From assembly GCF_900101615.1 (NCBI RefSeq), contig NZ_FMZX01000021.1, positions 10,336-34,335 of the forward strand: a stretch of 24,000 bases of DNA, read 5' to 3'. A program made the translations under genes and the position numbers. The notes beneath the pieces are model-generated. The model had not been told where the DNA came from and made no database searches. It was given only the letters and a program-made list of their open reading frames with translations. This stretch comes from Belnapia rosea. Lineage in GTDB: Bacteria > Pseudomonadota > Alphaproteobacteria > Acetobacterales > Acetobacteraceae. Positions 1 to 7,204 of the stretch are shown here, one piece after another (position 1 is the first letter of the stretch; each line of letters starts with the position of its first letter).

Positions 1-144
1 CCGTCCAGCGCGAGTGGCGCGCGGCGCAAGGGTGCGCAACACCGCGGCCCTGCCAGTCCGCCGCGGTCAGCCCGATAGTCCGCCCGCCCGCCGCGCGGCA
101 AGGGGAGTCCCCCGGTCACGGCGGCGGAGGGGTCCGGAGGGGGC

Positions 145-1473
145 ATGGTGGGAGGGCAGCCGGAGAAAGGGCGCGCGCGCGCCGGGGGAGGGCGCGCCGC
201 CCCCAAGGGTTTCCTGCTCGGCCGGCGCTGCCCAGAGCAGGCGGAACGCCGAGTCGGCTTCGTGTGCCGGACCGAGGCTCTGACAGGAGGGGGCGGGGCG
301 CCCGGCGAGGTGGTCGCCTACGGCGGCGATGCCCCGGTCATCACTATGGCGCCCACCGGGGCGGGCAAGACCAGCGGCCCAGTTGTCTCCAATCTGCTTT
401 TGTTCCCCGGCCAGGTGATCGCAGTCGACGTGAAGGGTGAGCTGCTCGCCTTGACTGGTCGACGGCGCCGCGCGATGGGGCAGGAGGTCCACGTCCTCGA
501 CCTCCGCGACGGCGCATCCGGCGGGGGGTGCCTCAACCCGCTCGATCTGGCGGCCCGTTCCGGCACTGAGGCGGCAGCCGTCGGCCGCTCCTTCGCCGCG
601 TGCCTGATCGAGCGCGGCGAGGAGCGGGACAGGTTTTGGAATGATTGGGCGGAGACCCTAATCGGCGGCGCCGCAGCTTGGCTACTGGAGGACTGCCCTC
701 CGGGAGAGCGAAGCCTCAGTCGGGTCTTCGACCTCTTCACCGACGACGATCCTGTTTATAAAATCGCAACGATGCTCGACGCCAAGAGGGTCAGGAACCG
801 CGCAGCCTACGCGGCCTTCGCGGGCTTCCTGTCGCTGCCGGACCGAGAGACGCGCCCCTGTGTACTCGGCAGCACCACGACGCATCTGCGCATATTCGAC
901 AGCGCCCTCGTACGCCGCCTCACCGACGCCACCAGCTTCGACCTAGACGCGCTCGTCGCTGGGCGCCCGATGACGATCTACATCGTCGTGCCGCCGTCCC
1001 GCCTCGCCGCCTACGCCCCGCTGCTCCGGATCTGGCTCTCAGGGCTGATGAACCTGCTCTCGCTCCGGCAGCGCGCACCTCGGCGCCGCACCTTGATGCT
1101 GGTCGACGAGGCCGCCCAGCTCGGGCGGATGCAGGCGTTTGTCTTGGCCTCGACCCTCATGCGCTCCTACGGCCTGACGCTATGGAGCGTGTGGCAGAAC
1201 GCCGCGCAGCTCGACATGTACGGCGCGCAGGCGAGGACGCTTGTCGACAACGCCGGCGCGATCCAGTTTTTCGGGGTGCGCAACATGCGCATGGCCGAGG
1301 AGCTCGCGGCGCTAGTGGGCGGCGTCGACCCGCGCGACCTCATGTCGCTCGGCCGCGACGAGCAGTACGTCCTCCTGGAGGGCGGTCTTCCACAACGGAT
1401 TGGTCAAGTTCGCTACTACGATGACCCGCTGTTCGAGGGACTGCCGGGCGGCCCACGGCGGCGCGCACGGTGA
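145..1473 (+). CDS. Type IV secretion coupling protein, TraG/VirD4/TraD family ATPase; appears N-terminally truncated (no membrane anchor)
   Basis: 442-aa ORF. Walker A context VITMAPTGAGKTSG, a downstream DVKGEL box, Walker B-like TLMLVDEAAQLG, and a C-terminal QVRYYDDPLF typical of T4CPs. An in-frame stop at 76-78 leaves at most ~70 aa before the P-loop, and none of it is hydrophobic. Canonical VirD4/TraG proteins carry two N-terminal TM helices. The start codon is uncertain (ATG 145 is the first). Confidence 0.8.
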   Translation: MVGGQPEKGRARAGGGRAAPKGFLLGRRCPEQAERRVGFVCRTEALTGGGGAPGEVVAYGGDAPVITMAPTGAGKTSGPVVSNLLLFPGQVIAVDVKGELLALTGRRRRAMGQEVHVLDLRDGASGGGCLNPLDLAARSGTEAAAVGRSFAACLIERGEERDRFWNDWAETLIGGAAAWLLEDCPPGERSLSRVFDLFTDDDPVYKIATMLDAKRVRNRAAYAAFAGFLSLPDRETRPCVLGSTTTHLRIFDSALVRRLTDATSFDLDALVAGRPMTIYIVVPPSRLAAYAPLLRIWLSGLMNLLSLRQRAPRRRTLMLVDEAAQLGRMQAFVLASTLMRSYGLTLWSVWQNAAQLDMYGAQARTLVDNAGAIQFFGVRNMRMAEELAALVGGVDPRDLMSLGRDEQYVLLEGGLPQRIGQVRYYDDPLFEGLPGGPRRRAR

Positions 1474-1573
1474 CGCCGCGCAACGGCGCGCAACCGTCTG
1501 CGGATTGCTGGCCCTAATCGCCGCGTGTTCCTGTTCGGCGCGCCGCCGGAGCGCGGCAGACAGGAGGCCGGAG

Positions 1574-2854
1574 ATGACGAGAAGGAAAACCGCTCCCCCC
1601 GCCGCGGGCATGCCGCGTCCCCACCTGGACGCTCGGCCGCACCTCAGGCGTCGCGACGCGCTCGCCCTGGCCATGGTGCTGGTGTCCCCGCCCCTCCTGT
1701 CGCCGCGCCCCGCGCGGGCGATCCCGACGCTAGCCGCGCTCGCCACTTGGGAGAACTTCAAAATCGCGGCCTCGGTGGTCGGCAGCATCGGTAGCGCCGT
1801 CACCGCAGCCTTCACCGCGCGCCGTGCTCTCGCGGCGCCCCCTGAGACCGCCGTCGAGCGCGCGGTCCAGGTGCTGACGGCGCAGCCCGCACTCCTCGAC
1901 GAGATGCTGAACTTCCGCATGGTGATACGTGAGGAGCTGGAGCGGTCCCGGGTCCATGAGATGACGGACGAACTCCGCGGCCGGGCTGAGACGGCGCGCG
2001 ACTTCCTCCTCGGAATGCCGGAGGGGCCGCGTCGCCTGGAGCTCTCGGCGCGTGAGTTCATGGAGGTGTCCCTCATCCTCAACAAGCTCGCCGGTTACGG
2101 CTCGGCGGCGATTTTTCCCTCCTATGCGGTTGGCTGCGGCGTGCAGCTGCTGCTGGCAAAGATGGCAATGGGCGACCGGGACGGGCCGCAGCCCGCCGAC
2201 ATCCGGCGCCGCATTGAGCGGCATCGGCGGCTGATCGCCGGGTGGACGGATTCGGGCCGCCCTACCAATCCGGCCGCCCTCGCCGCGGGGCTCCAGCCGG
2301 AGATCTTCGGGACCGAGGAGTGGCTCGCGGGCCCGTCCGTGGTGCGGCTGGCGGAGACCGTCGTTCGCACCGACACGCAAGTGCCCCAGGTGGTGAACGG
2401 GCAGGCCAGGACAGTCACGGAGTCCCGCTGGCACGTGAATGAGTTGTCCATCGCTTTCCTTGGCTTTGACGCCGCCGGCGAGCCGAGGACCGACCGACGG
2501 GTCACCCGCACCCTCAACTTCGCACCCGGCGCCGAGCGCCCTTATCGCTACGCGTTCCGCGCCTCGGTCGGGCACTACCCGAACGCGACACCTGTCGAGC
2601 AGATGGTGCGGTTCCCTTGCCTCACCTCGAATGACAGCTGGACATCCTGGGAAGCGCAGCCAGATGGCCAGGGACGCGTCCAGCTGCCCAACGGGCTCGC
2701 CCAGGTGCACGATGGCAAGCGGGCCTGCATTGCCGACACCTACAGAGCCAAGCGCGCCCGCCTGCTCGAGCTCCGGGACCAAGAAGCGAAATTCCTCGAC
2801 GCTCAGGCAGCCATGGTGGCCTGTATCGAGCACCTGGGCCGGATCGAGGTGTGA
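1574..2854 (+). CDS. Hypothetical exported protein (twin-arginine/Sec-like signal peptide), no family recognised
   Basis: Same frame as ORF-track entry 1400-2854. I prefer ATG 1574 because AGGAGG (1562-1567) sits 6 nt upstream. The product then begins MTRRKT...LRRRDALALAMVLVSPPLLSPRPARA-IP, which is signal-peptide-like. Its amino-acid composition is balanced, unlike the Arg/Gly/His-rich antisense ORF 1730-2905, which also runs into the IS630 end. Confidence 0.55.
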   Translation: MTRRKTAPPAAGMPRPHLDARPHLRRRDALALAMVLVSPPLLSPRPARAIPTLAALATWENFKIAASVVGSIGSAVTAAFTARRALAAPPETAVERAVQVLTAQPALLDEMLNFRMVIREELERSRVHEMTDELRGRAETARDFLLGMPEGPRRLELSAREFMEVSLILNKLAGYGSAAIFPSYAVGCGVQLLLAKMAMGDRDGPQPADIRRRIERHRRLIAGWTDSGRPTNPAALAAGLQPEIFGTEEWLAGPSVVRLAETVVRTDTQVPQVVNGQARTVTESRWHVNELSIAFLGFDAAGEPRTDRRVTRTLNFAPGAERPYRYAFRASVGHYPNATPVEQMVRFPCLTSNDSWTSWEAQPDGQGRVQLPNGLAQVHDGKRACIADTYRAKRARLLELRDQEAKFLDAQAAMVACIEHLGRIEV

Positions 2855-2877
2855 CCCGGCCGCGGGCGGCGACACTA

Positions 2878-4063
2878 GTGTCCTGACCGAGAAATAGCTG
2901 GTCACTCGTGGTTGGCTGTGATTCGCTGCGGCTGGCAGCGAGGACTGATCATGGCGACGCCGCGGGCGGTTCGGATCGAGTTGTCGGAGGCCGAGCGTGC
3001 CGAGTTGGAGACGCGGCTACGCCGGCGGAAGGTGGCGCGCGGCGACGCGGTGCGGGCGGAGATCGTGCTGCTCGCCGCTGACGGCTTGAGCAACCTGGCG
3101 ATCGTTGAGCGGCTCGGGGTGGCGCGGATGACGGTGGCGACCTGGCGGCGCCGCTTTGCCGAGCTGCGGCTCGATGGCTTGGCCGACGAGCCCCGCCCAG
3201 GTGCTCCCCGGACCGTCAGCGACGAGAAGGTCGCCGCGGTGGTGACCGCGACGCTGGAAACCCTGCCCGCGGGCCGGACGCACTGGAGTTCGCGTGGCAT
3301 GGCCAGAGCGGCCGGGCTGGCGCCGTCCACCGTGCAGCGCATCTGGAAGGCGTTCTCGCTGCAGCCGCACCGGGTGGAGACCTTCAAGCTCTCGACCGAT
3401 CCGCTGTTCGTCGAGAAGGTGCGCGACATCGTCGGCCTCTACCTCAGCCCGCCCGAGCGTGCCCTCGTGCTCTGTGTCGATGAGAAGAGCCAGATCCAGG
3501 CGCTCGACCGGACGCAGCCGCTGCTGCCGCTGCGCCCCGGCCAGGTCGAGCGGCGCACCCACGACTACAAGCGCTGCGGCACGACCTCGCTCTTCGCCGC
3601 GCTCGACGTGAAGGCCGGCACCGTCATCGGCACCTGCATGCCGCGGCACCGGGCGGCGGAATTCCGCCGCTTCCTCGACACCGTCGAGGCCCGGGTGCCG
3701 GCGGACCTCGACATCCACGTGATCATGGACAACGCGGCAAGCCACAAGACGAAGCTGGTGCGAGGCTGGTTCGCCAAGCGGCCCCGCTGGCATGTCCACT
3801 ACACCCCGACCTCGGCCTCCTGGATCAACCAGGTCGAGCGGTTCTTCGCGCTGCTGACCGACGACGCCATCCGGCGCGGCGCCCACCGTTCCACGGCGGA
3901 ACTCGAGGCCGCCATTAAGGCCTACATCGAAGCCCACAACGCCGAGCCGAAGCCGTTCACCTGGATGAAGAATGCCGATGACATCCTCGCCGCCGTCCAG
4001 CGCTTCTGCCAGCGCACCATCGCCGTCCAGGCAAAGTGCCTGGGAACTTCAGAGTCAGGACAC
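2878..4063 (+). mobile_element. IS630-family insertion sequence, apparently intact, inserted in a CTAG target with TA duplication
   Basis: Terminal inverted repeats: GTGTCCTGAC at 2878-2887 and its complement GTCAGGACAC at 4054-4063, with scattered further matches inward to ~28 bp. TA at 2876-2877 and 4064-4065 flanks the element, reconstructing C2875-TA-G4066 = CTAG. One DDE transposase ORF. Length 1186 bp, the usual IS630 size class. Confidence 0.85.
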
Positions 4064-4066
4064 TAG
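2951..4066 (+). CDS. IS630-family DDE transposase
   Basis: 371 aa from ATG 2951 (the ORF-track start 2912 is an upstream alternative). N-terminal HTH region (LSNLAIVERLGVARMTVATWRRRF). Core blocks VLCVDEKSQIQAL, HVIMDNAASHKT and YTPTSASWINQVERFF are characteristic of IS630/Tc1-mariner-type transposases. The stop TAG 4064-4066 is built from the duplicated target TA plus the first flanking base. Confidence 0.9.
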   Translation: MATPRAVRIELSEAERAELETRLRRRKVARGDAVRAEIVLLAADGLSNLAIVERLGVARMTVATWRRRFAELRLDGLADEPRPGAPRTVSDEKVAAVVTATLETLPAGRTHWSSRGMARAAGLAPSTVQRIWKAFSLQPHRVETFKLSTDPLFVEKVRDIVGLYLSPPERALVLCVDEKSQIQALDRTQPLLPLRPGQVERRTHDYKRCGTTSLFAALDVKAGTVIGTCMPRHRAAEFRRFLDTVEARVPADLDIHVIMDNAASHKTKLVRGWFAKRPRWHVHYTPTSASWINQVERFFALLTDDAIRRGAHRSTAELEAAIKAYIEAHNAEPKPFTWMKNADDILAAVQRFCQRTIAVQAKCLGTSESGH

Positions 4067-4262
4067 CCGCTAAGTAGCACTGCACTGCGTGCAGGATGCC
4101 TTGGTAGCCGACCAGCAGCGCCTCGGAATGCTCGGCGCAACGACTTAGCGCATAGTGGAACACCATCACCGGCAAGTCCGGCACTGCTGCTACAGCCTTG
4201 GGGGACGGGGCGCCGCGTTACTCGAAAACGAGGCCGCCCGGAGGCGTACGAAATACAAGCAG

Positions 4263-4290
4263 TTCAAGGGCTCCCGGGTCAGAGTACAAT
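4263..4290 (+). promoter_or_regulatory. Candidate sigma70-type promoter upstream of the twin-GTPase operon
   Basis: TTCAAG (4263-4268), a 16-nt spacer, then TACAAT (4285-4290). The predicted start site falls inside the palindrome at 4291-4311, about 100 nt upstream of ATG 4396. Sequence match only. Confidence 0.3.
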
Positions 4291-4316
4291 CGTCGCGCCG
4301 GATGCGCGACGGTTTT
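4291..4316 (+). terminator. GC-rich perfect hairpin followed by GTTTT; either an intrinsic terminator or a palindromic operator
   Basis: CGTCGCGC (4291-4298) pairs perfectly with GCGCGACG (4304-4311) around the 5-nt loop CGGAT, followed by GTTTTGG (4312-4318). Because it abuts the candidate -10 box, it could instead be a repressor-binding palindrome at +1. Confidence 0.35.
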
Positions 4317-4395
4317 GGAGGTTAACGAGTATGTGATCTGCCGTTCCGTGTTGTCCGACGGTAGCGTCAGCGGCAGGCCCTTTGACGGAGGCGGC

Positions 4396-5031
4396 ATGTT
4401 CGGCTTGGAACTCGCGGGGCTCTATTTGGCAAAATGGGCCTACGACAACGTCGCCCCGCAGCTCGCGCGGGCACTCGCCTCCCCGCCGCCCCCTGACCAT
4501 CCTTCACAGGTCATTGCTCTAGTGGGCGCGACCTGCGCCGGTAAGTCCACGCTCGGGAACCGCTTGGCGGGGCGCGCGGCCTTCGAGACCGGGCCGACGC
4601 ACGGGACGACTTCCCGTACCCACGACGCAACTTGGCGCGGCGGCTGGGTGATCAGGGACACGCCCGGCCTGCTCGACGACAGGTCTCCCGACCCGGTCTC
4701 CGTCTCTCGGACGGCCAAGGTTGTCGTCTACGTCGCCTCCGGCCAGCTGCTGCGCCCGGAACTCGACGCTCTGCGCCGGATCCGCGAGTGGCAGCGGCGG
4801 GAGACGGGCCGGGGTGCGCGGGAGCGCCACGCTGTCCTCTTTTGTGGCAAGGCCGACCAGCGTCACGGCGCGATGCCGCGCGCCGAGGCCGAACGCGTGG
4901 AGCAGGAGGTGCGCTCGCAGATGGCGGACCTGATGCCCTCCGATCACGTCGTATTCGGTTCGGCGCTGAACCCGGATTGCGCGGGCGTGCGCCGGCTCGG
5001 GAACCTTCTCGCGCGCCTCTCCAGCGCCTGA
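4396..5031 (+). CDS. Small P-loop GTPase (Era/EngA-like MMR_HSR1-type G domain)
   Basis: 211 aa from ATG 4396, with GGAGG at 4386-4390, 5 nt upstream. G1 GATCAGKST (4525-4551), a THGTT switch-I candidate, G3 DTPG (4657-4668), G4-like CGKADQ, G5-like GSAL. The ORF-track TTG start at 4198 would read through the hairpin at 4291-4311. GTG 4333 is a possible alternative start. Confidence 0.8.
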   Translation: MFGLELAGLYLAKWAYDNVAPQLARALASPPPPDHPSQVIALVGATCAGKSTLGNRLAGRAAFETGPTHGTTSRTHDATWRGGWVIRDTPGLLDDRSPDPVSVSRTAKVVVYVASGQLLRPELDALRRIREWQRRETGRGARERHAVLFCGKADQRHGAMPRAEAERVEQEVRSQMADLMPSDHVVFGSALNPDCAGVRRLGNLLARLSSA

Positions 5032-5073
5032 TACGAGGCAAGGACTGCAAATCCAAGGATCGGAGGGAGTGGG

Positions 5074-6390
5074 ATGCTCGACGACACGTCGCCGCCGGAC
5101 AACGCGGCGCTCAGGGCCGAGATGGAGCAGGTGCAACGGGAGCTGAGCGGCGCGCTCGAGAGCCTGCTCAAGGAGGCGGGGGCCCGCCTGAAGCCCGCCG
5201 AACGGGACGAGATCGTCGCGGAGTTCAAGGAACTCGACATCCTGCTCGAGCGCCTGAAGAGTGGCCTCGTCTGGATCGCCATCTTCGGGCGCACCACGGC
5301 AGGCAAGTCGGCGGTAACCAATGCCATCATGGGCGCGGACGTGGCAAAGGTCGGCATCCAGCACGACCTGACGCGAGAGGCCACGGCCTTTGAGAAGCGG
5401 CCCTGGAAGATCGTCGACGTGCCCGGGGTAATGGGGAACGAGGTCCTGGAGGATCTCGCCGTGACCGAGGCGAAGCGGGCACTCGGCCACGTCTTCGTCA
5501 TCGAAGCGGAGCCGTTCGCCCCCGAGATCAAGCTCTTCGACGCGGTGCATGCCGCGACGCCGGACACCCAGAAAATCGTCCTCTTCAACAAATGGGACAT
5601 GTACGAGGGGCGGATCCCCGCGGCGGACGTCGCCATGGTGAAGGCGAAGGTCTTCGAGAAGATGCGCAAGTATGTTGCGTCCGACGAGGACATCGTCTTC
5701 GGCAGCGCGCTCCGCTATGACCCGGCATCGGACATGATGGTCCGCCAGGAACTGCCGCAGCTCATGGACCGCCTCTACGCGGGCGCCGGGACACTCGGGC
5801 AGGTCATCAACGTCATCGACCCGGCCAACCGGGCCTCCGAACTCCTCGCGGGCATATCGGGCAAGGTCGCCGCGGTCCGGACCAAGGTGGCTCGGAAGGT
5901 GGTCTTCGCGTACGGCCTCGCTTCTGTCGCGGGCGGCGCGGTGCCCCTCGACACGCTCACGGTCCAGCCCGGCCTCTTCGCCAGCGAGGTGTTCGTGCTG
6001 TCGCGCATCTTCGGCAAGACCATGCGGGCGGCCGACGTTAAGGGTACCGCGAAGGAACTCCTGAAAACCTGCGGCATCCTGTTCGCCGCCGAGTTCGCGG
6101 CGATCACCGCGGCTGACGTCGCCAGCACCGTCGCGTCCGTCTTCGTCCCGTTCCTGGCGCCAATCTTCGGCATCGCCGACGCCGCTCTGCTGTCCTGGTA
6201 CAGGTACCGCCGGGCGGTCATCTTCGGCGAGGTCGCCATGGAGTACGTGAAGCGGGACTTCTCCTGGGGAGGCGAGGAGCCGAGGGCAATTATAGCCGAG
6301 TGCAAGGCGCGCGCGCAGAAGCACTACGCCCGCTTCGAAAAGGCTTCCGACGCCTTCGGCGCTGCCGGGGCGGCTGGCCGCCGGGCCTGA
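5074..6390 (+). CDS. GTPase with N-terminal helical segment and C-terminal DUF697-like hydrophobic module
   Basis: 438 aa, with SD GGAGGGAG at 5062-5069. G1 GRTTAGKS (5287-5310), G3 DVPG (5416-5427), G4 NKWD (5587-5598), G5-like GSAL. The C-terminal ~190 aa contains AYGLASVAGGAVPLDTLTVQPGLFASEVFVLSRIFG and ILFAAEFAAITAADVASTVASVFVPFLAPIFGIADAALLSWY, which resemble the DUF697/YcjF-type membrane-associated domain. Confidence 0.85.
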   Translation: MLDDTSPPDNAALRAEMEQVQRELSGALESLLKEAGARLKPAERDEIVAEFKELDILLERLKSGLVWIAIFGRTTAGKSAVTNAIMGADVAKVGIQHDLTREATAFEKRPWKIVDVPGVMGNEVLEDLAVTEAKRALGHVFVIEAEPFAPEIKLFDAVHAATPDTQKIVLFNKWDMYEGRIPAADVAMVKAKVFEKMRKYVASDEDIVFGSALRYDPASDMMVRQELPQLMDRLYAGAGTLGQVINVIDPANRASELLAGISGKVAAVRTKVARKVVFAYGLASVAGGAVPLDTLTVQPGLFASEVFVLSRIFGKTMRAADVKGTAKELLKTCGILFAAEFAAITAADVASTVASVFVPFLAPIFGIADAALLSWYRYRRAVIFGEVAMEYVKRDFSWGGEEPRAIIAECKARAQKHYARFEKASDAFGAAGAAGRRA

Positions 6391-7139
6391 TGTCGGACCC
6401 TCTCCACACGCTCGTCGACTTGGCGACGCTGATGGACGCTTACGACCGCGCCGCCGAGGCGCTGTTCTGTATCCGCAGCGGGGCCACCGCCGCGGCGCAC
6501 GGCGCGGCCCTGGTTGGGGCGTCGGAGGTGATAGGCGCCTACCTGGAGGACCGCGCCCGAGGTGCGGGGCTGGCCATGCCGCAGGCGCGGCGCGCCCACC
6601 GGGCCGGGGTGGCCTGCCTCGCGGGGCTGGCCGCCGAGTGGGGCCGGGGACCGCCGGCCCCACTCCGCGTCCGTGCCTTCCGCCAAGCGACCGGCGCCTG
6701 CCTCAGCCATTGGGGCGACTTCATCCAGTGCGCCGTCGCCGAGGACTCCTGCGCTCAGGTCTGGCTGGCCCCCGCCTTCAGCTTCATGACGGCGGTGGCG
6801 GCGGGCTCGCGCAGGCATGCCCAGGACGCGGTGTCCGAGTGCGACCCCGCGCCCGGCGCGCCGTCCGCGGCCGTCTACGCCGAGGAACTACGCCGGGCAG
6901 TCCTCAGCGGACTACGCGAAGTAAAATACCATTCCGAAAAGACGCTCCGCGGCACCTGGGCGAGCGAGGTGGCAGTGAGCGAGTCAAACGCTTTCGCGCG
7001 GACCTTCGTAGACGGTGTCATGGGTGCATTCGGTGACGCCAGCATGCACGGGGAGCACGGCCGCATCCGCGTCGTCCGGCGCAAGGCCGAGTACGTGAAA
7101 AAGCTCAGCCTTGAGCTGGAGACACGCTTGCATGGTTGA
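6390..7139 (+). CDS. Hypothetical protein, translationally coupled to the upstream GTPase
   Basis: ATG 6390 overlaps the upstream TGA (6388-6390) as TGATG. 249 aa, Ala-rich N-terminal half and a charged C-terminus (KAEYVKKLSLELETRLHG). No domain recognised. Several spurious GC-driven ORFs overlap it. Confidence 0.55.
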   Translation: MSDPLHTLVDLATLMDAYDRAAEALFCIRSGATAAAHGAALVGASEVIGAYLEDRARGAGLAMPQARRAHRAGVACLAGLAAEWGRGPPAPLRVRAFRQATGACLSHWGDFIQCAVAEDSCAQVWLAPAFSFMTAVAAGSRRHAQDAVSECDPAPGAPSAAVYAEELRRAVLSGLREVKYHSEKTLRGTWASEVAVSESNAFARTFVDGVMGAFGDASMHGEHGRIRVVRRKAEYVKKLSLELETRLHG

Positions 7140-7204
7140 CAGCCCGGCGCGCGACTGTGGCGGGCGTCGGCAGGAGAAACGTAAGTACCAGCGGGCTCAT
7201 GCCC

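Noticed and set aside
1477-1494. CGCGCAAC repeated 10 bp apart just after the T4CP stop
   Set aside because: Short GC-rich repeats of this kind are expected by chance in ~70% GC DNA. No associated structure or gene start.
1730-2905. 391-aa minus-strand ORF opposite the exported-protein gene
   Set aside because: Its 5' end starts inside the IS630 left end (2878-2905), so it cannot be a native gene. The composition is antisense-like (Arg/Gly/His/Leu-rich). The plus-strand gene has an SD and a signal peptide.
3017-3937. 306-aa minus-strand ORF inside IS630
   Set aside because: Antisense to the IS630 transposase. No motifs, GC-driven.
3957-4184. 75-aa minus-strand ORF crossing the IS630 right end; considered as a gene disrupted by IS630
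   Set aside because: After in silico removal of the IS, the frame continues only as antisense junk across the 1574-2854 gene. No SD, and no support for a real gene.
4198-4395. N-terminal extension of GTPase A (TTG 4198 in the ORF track, GTG 4333), and a GGAGG-N9-ATG-TGA start-stop mini-ORF at 4317-4336
   Set aside because: The extension would read through the promoter-like hexamers and the perfect hairpin, and it encodes Arg/Gly/Ser-rich filler. ATG 4396 has a well-spaced GGAGG. GTG 4333 remains a possible alternative. The start-stop motif may be coincidental.
4519-6663. 714-aa minus-strand ORF, the longest ORF in this part of the window
   Set aside because: It is antisense to the two GTPase genes, which have clear motifs. 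The product is a Pro/Arg/Gly-rich low-complexity string, typical of spurious antisense ORFs in high-GC DNA.
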